Assembly (NCBI GenBank): GCA_035084275.1
Contig: CM068747.1
Span: forward strand, 1,798,001 to 1,862,000
DNA length: 64,000 nt
Source: Hydrolagus colliei
Taxonomy: Eukaryota
Direction: 5' to 3'
Shown here: one piece after another, positions 38,691 through 51,482 of the stretch
How positions within the stretch are numbered: the first letter of the stretch is position 1
Layout of the letters: each line of letters opens with the position of its first letter
Translations under genes and position numbers: made by a program
Notes under the pieces: model-generated
What the model saw: only the letters and a program-made list of their open reading frames with translations
Databases searched by the model: none
What the model was told of the DNA's origin: nothing

Positions 38691-41437
38691 GCATATCAAA
38701 GTGAGCAAAGTGAAGCATCAAATTATATCACTCCATGAAACTTAATGTTAATGTGTAGTGTAGAGTGTCACAGTATTTCAGCCAAAACTCTAACATTGTG
38801 AAATTATCACTCCCTTTTTTGGCTTACCAAACCTGTGCCTACAGCTCCCTCTGTTGTTGCAATAATGGAATTTAACAATCCTAAAACAGGTACAAGTTTT
38901 GATCTTGATATAGCACTAGTGATAACAGTACATGCTAAAAGTAGCATCTAACAACTATTATCTGTTAGCACCACATAAACCAGTACAATTTCCTATTAAT
39001 TTTCTCCATGTAGCATCAGTCTATAACATAATCCACACAACAACAAAATCTCACATCGTAATAATAATCCCTGCATTTGAATTTGTCGCTTATCACATTG
39101 ATCAACGCGCTTCACAGAATATCCTGTAAAGTGAATTGACTGAATTTTCTGAATCATATTAAAAAAAAGCAATAGTAAATCAATCTCAATGCATTTCTGA
39201 ACTAAGAGTGCATGCCAATGTTCTATCTTGTAAAGACAACTTTAAATGCTTAATAATACTGTATACTCAAACACAAGATCGGTTTGGATAAAGAAGGCCA
39301 TTCAGCCCATCCAATCTCAACCCTCAGAACATCCACCCTGCCTATCATTGCATCAAACTGCTTCATAAATGAGTCTAATGTCCTGGTTTCTACTTAAAAT
39401 GTTTATCAAAGTAACTTCAATTCCAACAATCTAATAGATTAAATTGCATACAGTAGAAGGCAAGATTACATTAAATTACCTATTATTCATGATTCTTATT
39501 TTTAATTCATTTATCATTCAAGCAACTGAATCAATTTACAACTACACAAAAATAACATGAATTCCTGGTAATCATTCTCAAATAGCAACATACCAGCATC
39601 AACTGAAGGATGTTTGGAAATAAGTATATTCATGGGAGATCTGTTTAAATCAATATTACAGTTTAATAAATGTCATTAATTTACAACTGCTCAAAATTTA
39701 AGAATATATAAAAGATTTACTGAGCCAGTTAAAAGTTATTCAGTGCAGAATTTCAATTTACCATCATTCGAAATAACATTTCCCCAACTCTTTCCAGTCC
39801 TCTGTGGGATTTTACAAAACACTCAAAAAGGGAATGTCAAAAACATCTTAAATAGACTTCTATCAAAATGGGTCATTTGTTTCACTCTGTCAAATGCTGG
39901 AACACACAATCTCAGACTTTGTTTCCCATAATAAATGAGAATTCAGCTGTTTATGTTTTCAGATCATAAAAGCCCTAAAATTTGGAGGGGTCCTAGCTGG
40001 ACAAGGAGCAAGAAGCTTGCCAGACAATATCTGCAATGGCAAGCATGTTTTTAGTTGGTTCAATTCAAGCAACTTCTTGGTTCTTACCGAACTGCACTGA
40101 AGTGTTCTTCGCAACAAGCTGTGTGGTTCCAGGGAATAAGTGCATAATCGACACTAGTCTGACAACAATGAAGGAAAGAAAAGGAATGTAGGAATAATGC
40201 ACTCAGATGCCTCTAGGATTTTTTGTTTGCACAATGCAACAGCAGTAACAACAACAACAACATAAACTTATAAAGCAGTAATACCCATCAGTAATATAAA
40301 TCAGCAAGGCTGAAAAATGTGCAGGCTAATAACAATCATTATAAATTCAAGGAATTTGTCTGATATTAATCTGTGTTTGATATACTGGCAAAGGTCAAGT
40401 GCACACTATCAGGCTGACATTTGCTAAGGACTGTAACCAGCTTCCTGTTTGTTTTAGCTGGTAACAGTGGTTAGAAACAGCCTTTTCATTACAGAATAAA
40501 TGAACTTCTTATTTGTACTTCAAACGAAGTATAGGAAATGTGCCAGGAACAGAAAAAGGTAAAAACCCATCTTAAAATGCAAAAAAAGTATAACTTGCTC
40601 TGCATCTCCATCATCTTTGGTTAGCCACAAGGCTACTATTATTTAACTGACAGAAAAGATGGGTTCTACAAACATAATAGAAACAAAATGCAGACTAAAA
40701 GGTTACTGTATCCCACAATCCCTTTGCCTTGCTCCCTTCCTTGCCTTTTTTAAGACATGACTCTTCTAACGGAGTGGAGCCTGGAGACAAAAGCGAGTTG
40801 GTAAGCAGTTGAACATAAGCGAGTGGGAGGATTAAAAGTAAATATTACAAATGTGTACATGATCAAAATAGAAATACTTTGTAGATGATTAAAACACAGT
40901 AATAATGACAGATGGTTAGATGGTAGGTGAAAAGGGGTAAGAAAGAATAATCATCAGCCATTGTAGTTGTAACACAATGAAATATTACACAAGGAAGATA
41001 AGTGTAACACTCAATGGAATTGTTCATTTTTGTTTCAAATATGTAAAGTTGAGTACAGGGTCTAGGAATCCCCATTAAATGACAATATACTTCTGTCATT
41101 GTAATTGCTAAACGTCAAATGAAATTCAGTCAATTCCTTCCATCACCGCTCAGGAAAATTGGGAAGTAATTGCTACTTACTTGTAACTTGGCTACACTGT
41201 GGGTGAATGAATCCATTGTTGTTGACCATTAAGAAATGCATAGATATATAGGGGCACAGAAAGACTGATTAAAAATAAAGGCCCAGTGGCCCATCAACTC
41301 AAATGTATAAAAATATTGAGCATATGGTAACTGGTAAAAAAGATAAATTATTATATTTTGCTGAACCAAATGTGCATGAAACTCACTATGAGGGCTCTGA
41401 AAATAAAAATACTATTTTGCATTTTATTCGGTATGGC

Positions 41438-43560
41438 AACAACAACAACAACAACAATTTGCATTTATATAGCGCCTTTCACGTCGGGAGTACGTCCCAA
41501 GGCGCTAAACAAGAGGCTTGTGACCCGAGCTGGGAGGGGAGTGTTTGGGAAGGGGTGAAACACGAAGGGGAGGTAAAAGAGTTCGGGGTGGAACAAAAGG
41601 CACGATCGAAGAGGAAAGTCTTCAAACCGGCCTTGAAAGAGGAAAGGGAAGAGGCGAAACGGAGGGATTGAGGGATGGCATTCCATAAGGTGGGAGCGGA
41701 GAAACTGAAGGTCCGGCCTCCGATGGTGGGGCGGTTCGGGCGGGGGGCTTGGAGCAGGCCAAGTCCTGTTGAACGGAGGGTCTGGGTGGGCGTGTAGGGA
41801 GAGAGTAGATCGGCTAGGTAGGATGGGGCAAGGCCGTGCAAGGCCTTGTAGGTGAGGACGAGGATCTTAAATTCGATCCTCTGGAGGATGGGGAGCCAGT
41901 GGAGACGGGCGAGGGTGGGGGTTATGTGGTCACGGAGGCGGGTGTGGGATAGTACACGGGCTGCAGAGTTTTGGATGGCCTGCAGCCTATGAATGGAGGA
42001 ACTGGGGAGGCCGATTAGGAGAGAATTTCCGTAATCCAGCCTTGCGGTGATGTACGCGTGCACGAGTGTTTCGGCAGCGCGTGGGGTGAGATAGTTGCGG
42101 AGCCTGGCAATGTTGCGCAGATGGAAATAAGCGGTGCCGGTCAAGGCGCGGATGTGGGGGAGGAAGGAAAGTTTTTGATCGAACATGATGCCGAGGTTCC
42201 TGATTGGCTTTGTGAGGTGGAGAGTACAGCCTTGGATGTTGAGACTGGCAGCGCCCGATGTGCGGAGGCGCTGGCTTGAGCCAATCAGGAGGGCCTCGGT
42301 CTTATTCACGTTCAATTGCAAAAAGTTGTCCCTCGTCCACGATTCGATGTCGGACAGACATGCTGTCAGAACATCGATCGTCTGGGGGTTGAGGGATGAG
42401 GCAGAAAGGTGCAACTGGGTGTCACCCGCGTACATGTGGAAATTTACCCCATGTCTGCGGATGACGTCGCCCAGAGGGAGCGTGTAAAGGGTGAAAATAA
42501 GGGGACCGAGTACAGAGCCCTGAGGGACGCCGTGGGAAACTGTGCGAGGGTTTGAGGAAAAGCCATTGGAAGAAACAAAATGTAAACGATGGGTCAAATA
42601 AGAGTGGAACCATTCAAGGACTGTGCCTTGAAGGTTGAGGTGGGAGGAAAGATGTTGGAGGAGGATGGTGTGATCGACTGTGTCGAACGCAGCAGACAGG
42701 TCAAGGAGGACGAGGAGGCAGAGGGAGCCCTGGTCACAGGCGGTTAGGATGTTATTTGTGACCTTGACCAGGGCAGTTTCTGTACTGTGGATAGGGCGGA
42801 AACCTGATTGGAGGGGTTCAAGAAGTGAGTGATTTGAAAGGAAAGAGCGGAGCTGGGAGGCAACCACTCTTTCAAGGACCTTGGATAGAAACGGGAGGTT
42901 GGAGATGGGTCGATAACTTGATGGTTGCGACGCATCAAGGGAGGGTTTCTTCAGGATAGGGGTGATGGTAGCTGTTTTAAGGGAGGTAGGGACGGTTCCT
43001 GAGGAGAGGGAAAGGTTAATGGTGTCAGAAATGAGTGGGGCTAACAAATGGAGCTGGGTGCGGAGGAGGGGGGTGGGGATGGGGTCCAATGAGCACGTGG
43101 TGGGTTTCATGGAGGTGATTGTTTTTGTGATTGAAAGCGGGGTGGTGGGGTTGAAAGTGTGAAATGGGGGGTGAGTAGGGGTTGAGATAACTGATGAGGG
43201 CGCTGAGGTGGAGGAGTGGTGGGGGGAGGAAACCGCAGAGCGGATTTTCTCAATTTTGGATTCGAGGAAATCCAGCATCTCCTCGCAACGAATGTTTGAG
43301 GAGAGGATCTGCGAGGTGAGGCGGGGGGGGCGGAGGAGCTGGTTGGTGGTGGCGAAGAGGAGGCGGTGGTTGTCCTTCGCTTCCAGGATTATCCTGGAGT
43401 AGAAGGCTGATTTGGCGGTGGCTAGGGCGGAGCGGTAAAATTTGATGCGGTCCAGCCAGATTTGCCGGTGGACCGTGAGGCCAGATTTGAGCCAGGTGCG
43501 TTCAACTGCTCTCACTTGGCTTTTGAGGGAATGGAGGTGAGATGTGTACTACCACGGTGA
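41438..43560 (-). mobile_element. 5'-truncated L2-clade LINE with 678-aa open ORF2 remnant (reverse transcriptase) and (TTG)n tail
   Basis: ORF 41479-43515 has YRPISNLPFLSKVLE, QSGFR..HSTETAL, LLDLSAAFDTVDH, GVPQGSVLGP, YAGD, RLDYGNSLL, LHWLP; 3' stem-loop and GTT repeats. Confidence 0.95.
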
Positions 43561-43838
43561 TGATCAAACAATATGGATCAATTTATTTTTATTAACTAAA
43601 ACATACATACACACTTAGCAAGATAATAATCAATCTAATCTCACACAAAGTCCATTTACTCTATATTCACCACACGTTTCCTGACAATAATTTATTAACA
43701 TTACTTACAGTGAACCAGATAGTAAGAGCTAATTGTTTTAAAAACGGCTCTTTCATAGATTTATCTGATTATATTAGCTATATAATCAGATAAAAAAAAC
43801 TGCTAATAGTTCTTCATTGAATATATAATGCTACTTAC

Positions 43839-43972
43839 CAGCTCACTGCCAGTTCATGTGGTTTCATAGTCTTGGTCATTCTGCATTCTCCTAATCTGAG
43901 CAAACTATTAGGTATTCTTTTCATCTGAGCAACGTAAGGATTTACTCTTGTGTCAGGAGGAAATTCAGAGTC
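43839..43972 (-). CDS. SPAG16: SPAG16 exon 10 (DSEFPPDTRVNPYVAQMKRIPNSLLRLGECRMTKTMKPHELAVS-C), 134 nt
   Basis: Acceptor tttttactcttag, donor TG|GTAAGT; DSEFP and HELxVS motifs. Confidence 0.94.
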
Positions 43973-44377
43973 CTAAGAGTAAAAATAAATTGTGTTTCTA
44001 TAATATCTGGATGAACATACTGAATAAATTGCTTCAGCCACTGTATAATTAATCCACCATGGTTTCAAGGTTCTTGGGACATTGATGTCATCAAGCCTAT
44101 TCCTCCAGGTAGATCATGACAGATTTTTAATCCCATTTACCTGTCTTTCCCCAACGCTCCTTCAATAAACCTATTTCCCAAGTATTGTATCTATCCATTC
44201 CGAAACATCTAATTTAATTGTAATTTAATGATCTGCTGGGCTTGCATGCCACATTTTCACCATCTGTGCGAAAACATGTTTTCTGATGTCACTAATTTGC
44301 ATTTACCATATCAAATTCAAAACCTTTTTGTTACTAGTTGATTATTAAAGTTGAGCTAGAATTCACAATAGATCTTT

Positions 44378-44824
44378 TCCAGAGGATCGAGTTCAAGATC
44401 CTCGTCCTCACCTTCAAGGCCTTACATGGCCTTGCCCCGCCCTATTTAACCAATTTACTCTCCCCCTACAAGCCCACCCGGACCCTCCGTTCAGCAGGAC
44501 TTGGCCTGCTCCAAGCCCCCCGCCCGAACCGCCCCACCATCGGAGGCCGGGCCTTAAATTTTTCTGCTCCGACCCTATGGAATTCCATCCCCCAATCCCT
44601 CCGTCTCGTTTTTTCCCTTTCCTCTTTCAAGGCCGGTTTGAAGACTTTCCTCTTCGACCATGCCTTTTGTTCCACCCCGAATTTTTCAACCTCCCCTACT
44701 TGTTTCACCCCTTCCCGTACACTCCCCTCCCAGCTCGGGTCACACGCCTCCTGTGCAGCGCCTTGGGACGTCCTCCCGACGTGAAAGGCGCTTTATAAGT
44801 GTAATTTGTTGTTGTTGTTGTTGT
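44378..44824 (+). mobile_element. 3' fragment of the same L2 subfamily, inverted relative to the 41.4-43.6 kb copy
   Basis: QRIEFKILVLTFKALHGLAP...APWDVLPT* nearly identical to the long copy; (GTT)n tail. Confidence 0.95.
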
Positions 44825-46119
44825 TTTCAGAACTTCCAGATCCAGGTAGTTGTGGAATAAGCGGAAAATCTAGAGTTATTGTATGGATGCAAATGTACTA
44901 CCATTATATTGGTATGTTCACCTTGGTCTATGGTATACTGATTACTAAAAAAAACATTTAGCATTACATCTATTTCTAGTGATAAGTGTTAAACTCACAC
45001 TTATTTATTAAATATTTTGCTGTGGAATTTCTAATAACCTGCAGATTGGAATAGTTGCTGCACTGCTGACATCAGTGATAAGCATAAATAACTGTAGACA
45101 TCAAAACAGCTAAATTAAACATAAAAAATTGAGTCACCTTAAAAATTTGATCAAACCAACACACCAAGCTTGTCGCAATTATAAAATCATTATCTTTGAA
45201 TAAAAAGTAGCAACAGTAATTTATTTATAATGACTTTTTTAAATGCTCTGCTAAAGAAAGTAGCGTTCCACTCAGGTAACGTTCCACTCAGTTCTTATTA
45301 GTGTCAATTGTTCAACCCCGAAAATTTCTAATAATTGCAGTCCAGAAAGTTCAACAATTAAGAATAAATTCCAGGTTCTTCAAATTAGTATCCTAGAGTT
45401 GCAATCAGTAACCAGATTTAACAGACCAAAGACACAGAGGAAACCTAAAAGTAAAATTCTGTGGATTTTGGTCAGTAGGTTACTTGCAAGTAAACATTTT
45501 CTGACTTAACTAGTGGATTCTGAGAATCATAGTGTCTTGGTTTTTGGTTTATTAAATATCAAATAAGCATTTAAAATGTTTTCAATGAAAATGGGACAAA
45601 AGCATAGCCTGCAAAAATGTATGTTTCCTGTCATAAATAGCATGAAATGAATGAAAAGGAAAAAAACTCCTGCAAACTAAAATTGCACTTGGCACAGCAG
45701 CACACCTTTTGAAAAATCACCTCTCAAAAAAATCTGAAAAGTTATGTAGCTAATTAATTTATAAAGATCGATTACCTACCATGTTAAACTATCTTCGTTA
45801 ATTATACATTTGAGAGATTTTAAATGGTCTGACAGAATGCGATTCAAATACAAGAGAACTAACAAGTGGTAATATCCCTTGAAGGTATGGTGATTATACT
45901 ACAGTTTGCACTGTATATAAATAACAAGAGAAGTTCAGAAGAAGTAATCCTTTGGACAATTTCATCAGCAATACAAACCTTACTATCTTCCTGTGGCAAC
46001 ATCAAGCAGTTTCTTAAATCAGCCCAAATGCTGCCACTTCAATCTTCCCGGTAACTCAATCTACCTGTTCATTACCTACTATGTATCCGAGAGTTGAAAG
46101 AATAATATCTAAATTTGTG

Positions 46120-46320
46120 GATCATGCTAAATTAGGAGATTTTGTTGAGTGTGATTGCTGGAAGCTCAGGCAGTTACTGACAGAGTGGACAGTTTTGTGG
46201 AAAATTGAATTTAAAGTAGAAACGTGAAGTGGTGCATTTTGGGAGAAAGAATAGGGAGCAAAGTTATGGTAGAATTCACAATGGAGTGGATGAACAAATA
46301 CATAGTTCATTAAAAGTGGG
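46120..46320 (+). mobile_element. Old CR1 ORF2 fragment
   Basis: WKIEFKV...EVVHFGRKN-like segment. Confidence 0.55.
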
Positions 46321-47026
46321 ATGGCAATATCCCTGGGAGTTTTAAAAGTAATTAAAAAATGTATATAATCTTAGCCAGACTATTTACAACATTACATTTT
46401 GATAATGTCACAACATTAGAAACGTAATCCCACCAACAGCCGTGCTTTGAGTCAATGCTTGGTCTGCCTACTTAATTAATTTTAATTAAATGTGTTAATT
46501 TTCAGCCAATCAAGGATTAGGTAAATAATAATAATAATGATCCTTGCATTTGATATAGCACCTAATCACGTCATTGAGATGTCTCAGAGCACTTCACTCA
46601 ATATACTGTTAAGTGTGTATTTTCTGGACTGCATTTTGTGGACATAACGCAGCAGGCAATTGCACACAGCAGTGTACCACAAACAATCAGGGATTGACTA
46701 CAACTATCAAATCGAACATAATCCCTGGTAACAATTGAAATGGGGGTGGTTTTATGAATGATTCAAACATTCAAAAAAATCAAGATGACGCCAGATTAAT
46801 AATATTAATAATTAGATTATGTACCAATTAAAACATAGTATTGAATTTCTTTCTAATCCAGCAAGGTGTCAAAAATACCCATAAAATAAAAAGACAATTG
46901 GTTCCATTTATTTTCAAATAGCAATCCAATTAAATCAAATTAAATCCAAATAATTTCAAATAAATTCTAATAGTTATAAAACTATTTTTCTACTTTTATT
47001 GATCTTTCAAAGTTTTCAAAGACTTT

Positions 47027-47326
47027 AATAATAATAATCCTTGCATTTAACATAGCACATGTCTTTGAGACATATCAAAGCACTTCACAGAATACACTGT
47101 AAAGTGAATTGACTATATATTTTGAGGGTGAAACGTGGCTGTTAATTGTGCACTCCAGCATCCTACAAGCAGTTATGGATTCAAGTGAACAATTTATTAT
47201 TTTTTTTAAGGAATTATTTCCCTCGGAAAAGTGATCCGCCAATTGACTAACATTTCACCCTGCCGGGAATCGAACCCGGGTCTCTCGCTTGCAAGAGTGC
47301 TCTAACCACTGAGATACAGGACTCCA
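47027..47326 (-). mobile_element. Full-length tRNA-derived SINE about 45 bp downstream of the exon 9 donor
   Basis: GGAGTCCTGTATCTCAGTGGTTAGAGCAC...GGGTTCGATTCCC on the minus strand. Confidence 0.9.
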
Positions 47327-47369
47327 CAAATACAAAGTGGAGGAATAAAATACATTTTGTTGAGCTCAC

Positions 47370-47491
47370 CTTTGAATGCATTTTTTGTGGCTCTTTAGGG
47401 TGTTCTCTTGATTTTTTGGATGGTTCATCATTCTTTATGACTGATTTCTGAGTGGAGGCAAATGTTCTGCATTCGCTGCAGGTCTTGTAGC
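47370..47491 (-). CDS. SPAG16: SPAG16 exon 9 (YKTCSECRTFASTQKSVIKNDEPSKKSREHPKEPQKMHSK), 122 nt
   Basis: Acceptor tttcaaacag, donor AAG|GTGAGC; phase 1/0 bridges exons 8 and 10 exactly. The sequence is a poorly conserved linker. Confidence 0.85.
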
Positions 47492-48918
47492 CTGTTTGAA
47501 ATAGGTTACTTAAGTCACAATGACTTCATATTGGGCTAAACACAGTAAAAAGGTGGCGTACAACAATCACTGAATTATGCTAATTAGATTGAAATTGAAG
47601 GACAAGACTTTTTATAAACTATAATTTCAAATAATTTCAAAATCAATTACAGTATTATTAAACTAGTAAAGTTCACAAAACTCCCGTCGTAAAGTAATGG
47701 CTGTTTCATTCTGTGTGACAGAGTAATTTAAACAAAATTAAAAATATCATAAATGAGCATGGAAATACAAAGCATAAAACATTAAGCAACTTAATGTCCA
47801 TCATGTAATAATAATAATCCTTGAATTTGATATTGCATATAAAACATCAAAACCTCTCAAAAGAGCTTCTCACAGGTAATTGTAGTATAGTAAATTGAAG
47901 TGACTACAGTAAGATCAATTTGCACTGAATAATTTTGCATATGCATTATGCAAGTAAGTGAGTGAGCAAGCGTACTGACCAACCAACCAATTTGATTTGG
48001 GGAGATTATTGGCTAAAACACCGGTAGAAACTCCCTTCTTTTTAACATCCATCTGGTAGATGGGTCCTCGGTTTAGCATCTCATCTGAAGAAAGTGCTAC
48101 CCCATCAATACTTGATTGTCAGCCTAGGCTATGAGTTCAAAGTCCTAATATGGGGCAAGGGGAACTGCATAAACACTCCTTATTTGTACAGTACAATGAA
48201 ACAGGATTGATTTTGTTTTGCTAATTTCCAGGAAATTCTCAACAATTGTCAATAGGCCACAATAATAATAAAAATACTTATATTTGGTACAGCACCTCTC
48301 ATGTTGTCTCAACACGTATCACATAATGTACTGTAAAGTATAGTGACTATGCATTTTGTGAATGAAAAAAATGTTTATCTTTTCATAATGTTGATTAATT
48401 TTATCATTGTAATTTCAGTTCCATCATTTTTAGCATGGTGCAATGTTTCACATAATACAAAGTTCCCACATGTTGTTCTGGATCATCTGCAAATTCTATA
48501 TTACTGTGAATTTGATCAAAGGTGCATTAATCATTTTATGTTAAGTTCAATAGCTTCAAGATCTATATTTCAGCTATAGTAATTTCATATTTCTGATGTA
48601 GCTGCTGCCAGTCAAATACAATAATAGCTACACCAGCAATAGTTTTCTATTGACAGTCAAATAAATCGTAAATAATTAATGTTAAAGCATTCTTTATTCA
48701 ATGTGAACTTGCGACATTTAATAATAAACATGATGTCAATGCTTTTACTGCATCTTTTTACAAAATTTGAAATATTTGTTAGCTCATCCAATATGTACCT
48801 ACAAAATACAGTCAAACCACTTTACAGTACATCTTATGTAGCACTGAGACAGCTCGATGGCATGATAAGGCAGTATATGAAACGCAAGTATTATTACTCT
48901 TATTATAATTATTATTAC

Positions 48919-48988
48919 CTGATATCAGAGGGATGATAATATCCTTTCCAGAATTCATAGTGCGCAAGGTGGCTTGCAACCCTGACAA
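48919..48988 (-). CDS. SPAG16: SPAG16 exon 8 (LSGLQATLRTMNSGKDIIIPLIS-G), 70 nt
   Basis: Acceptor ttttatttacag, donor CAG|GTAATA, phase 0/1. Confidence 0.92.
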
Positions 48989-49425
48989 CTGTAAATAAAA
49001 ATTCAGAATTTTTACTTGTTTTTAAAAAAGTACATACAAAATGACAATTACATTTCCAAACAATTAAAGTAAAACATCTTGTAATCATTTACAATGACAG
49101 GATCGTACTGTATACCAGTACACCAAAGCGCAAAATTGTGAAAAACTATTTAGTGGTAATCATTCATTCACAAAATTCCAAATCTACCTATAAATGAACG
49201 ATCTGTAAATATGGCTTTTTCCTAATGATGCAGATTCAATATTCTACTTATTGTCGTTTATTATTTAAACTCAACATGCTGTAAATGGGGATAAAACATT
49301 TTTTATTGCAAGAACAACTGCCATTTTAAAAATATATATGGAGCCTTTCACATGGGGTAGTGTCCCAGAATGCACTGAAAGCAGCAAATCTAGTTTTCTT
49401 CTTTCAAACAGATATAATTACAAAC

Positions 49426-49543
49426 CTGTCCAACAGCTCTGTCTTTTTCCAAGCTGGTCAGCATTTTCTGCCTCAGTGCATTATGATACTTATTTGTAAG
49501 CTCGTTCAGAGTAGGCTCATAGGATGCATAGTGTTTTTTCAAT
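49426..49543 (-). CDS. SPAG16: SPAG16 exon 7 (LKKHYASYEPTLNELTNKYHNALRQKMLTSLEKDRAVGQ), 118 nt
   Basis: Acceptor ttgtctag, donor CAG|GTTTGT; HYASYEPT and KMLTSLE motifs. Confidence 0.95.
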
Positions 49544-50221
49544 CTAGACAATCAGAAACAGATCCTGGTTACAGTTCTAATTTACATGTGTACAATATCA
49601 AATGTGATCCAAATATTTCTTTCTTTCACAACAACCATTGCCATCTTTTCTCACAAAGTGATTTTTGAATATAGCTTACCATGACCATGCCATTCACATT
49701 ATTAAGTGATAACGAAGGAGGGTGCAATAAAATCATATTAACATTTGCTCAAGATACCAAGCTGTTAGCCAGTTAACTAGCATAATGGAAACATACAAAA
49801 TGTGAAGCAGTCATTATTAGTAACTTAATGCAGGAATGTCAGTTGGATATTAACATGGAAAAACTAATATTGGCACAATGAAATGGGTGGGTGCAATAGG
49901 AATATCTAAATGAAAAGGACATTCGGGGAATGATTACTTATCATTCAAACAAGTATGCTATCAATGTCAAACTCTTAAAATTGTAAAAAATTGTTAATGA
50001 ATTACCAGCATGACTCTTAAAACATTGATTACATACTGGACTAATTGTACATAGTATTGGTAACATCATATCAGTAACACTGAACAAATTCTAACAAATT
50101 AAAAATGAGTTTAGAATCATATAATAATAGAAATTGCCTCCTGTGGCCTTTGCTACAGGAGGCAATTTGGTCCAGACTCCAAAAGGAAGAGGATGTTTCC
50201 CACAAATATTGGGACTACTAT

Positions 50222-50612
50222 GAGCCTTGTAGCTCAGTGGTTGGAGCACTCGCATTGCAAGCGAGAGACCTGGGTTCAATTCCCGGCAAGACAAAACCTT
50301 GGGCAAGTTTTCTTACTCCGTGTGCCTAATAATAATCCCTCAAAAAAATAATAAATTGGTCATTTCAATCCACAACTGTTAGTGGTACACTGCTGTGCAC
50401 AATTGGCTACTGCGCTTCACCCACAAATATATAATTAATAATAATCCTTGAATTTGATATAGTGCTTTTCACATCTTCTAGACGTCTCAAAACGCTTCAC
50501 AGAATATAGTGTAAAGTGAATTGACTGTATATTCAGTATATTCTGTGAAGCGCTTTGAGATGTCTAGAAGACGTGAATAACGTTATATCAAATGCAAGGA
50601 TTATTATTATTA
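50222..50612 (+). mobile_element. tRNA-derived SINE with internal inverted tail duplication
   Basis: Head 50222-50284; inverted tail about 50438-50533 precedes the normal tail 50534-50612. Confidence 0.9.
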
Positions 50613-51254
50613 CTTCTCTTTTTGGAACTAAAAAAGCTTTGATCTCAATTGCCTTATTTTTCCCCGTTTCATTGTGCGTGAAGATAGTGATAAATAAAAG
50701 CAAGAAGGAAATGTTAATAGAAATGTCAGAAAATTATTTAATTTGAACTGTAACGAGTTTCAGATTAGAACAATATTTCCTTTACTTCCACCCAAAACAG
50801 CTAGCTTTTGAAGTATGTTCTTCACAAAGTCAAATAATGTTTTCTTGATTGGCTTTTCCCTAAAAACGTTGAATAAATCAGTTGACCAATTAAAAGATGT
50901 AGGCTGATCAAATATTAAATCTTACACCGTGCGTCCTATGCTTTTTGTGTCTGTGGAAATGTCAATAGTTGAAAGCAATCACTATCAATAAACACTGAAA
51001 GCTAGATATATTCTAGAATTCTGTTCCATTATCTTGGGAATTAGCTCAAGTAAGCTTGGTAGATTGATTAAACAAATTATACATAGTGTTGAGAGGAACA
51101 GGTCTTTTATCATTCCATGTCTATATTCTTCAATTGAAATTCATAGTGGAGTTACACATGGCTGATTCATAATCTCAAAAAAACTGCTAAGCGTCATTCC
51201 CATGATGCAGTGGATATGAACTAGTGGAACAAACTCACAACATACAATACAAAA

Positions 51255-51482
51255 GGAGGCAGTTTTCAACCAAAGGATAGTGGAAATCTGGATCTCTCCC
51301 CCCAAAAGGCTGTGGATGTTGGATCCAGTAACATCTTAAAGACTAAGGTGGATGTCTATTTGTTAGATCAAGGTATTATGGTAAGTAATTGGACTTGAGG
51401 TACTGTTCAGCCATGATTTTATAGAATAGCAGAACAGGTTTGAGGGGCTGAATGGATTACTCCTGCTTCTGTTTCTCTGTTT
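51255..51482 (+). mobile_element. CR1 3' end fragment
   Basis: tcagccatgattttatagaatagcagaacaggtttgaggggctgaatggattactcctgct matches the 22.7 kb CR1 tail. Confidence 0.75.

Noticed and set aside
440-41400. A nested protein-coding gene inside intron 10
   Set aside because: All listed ORFs are short, AT-rich or repeat-derived, and I could not chain them into a spliced frame. Small unrecognised exons cannot be excluded.
41303-43402. Several + strand ORFs over the long L2
   Set aside because: Antisense shadows of the GC-rich L2 ORF2.
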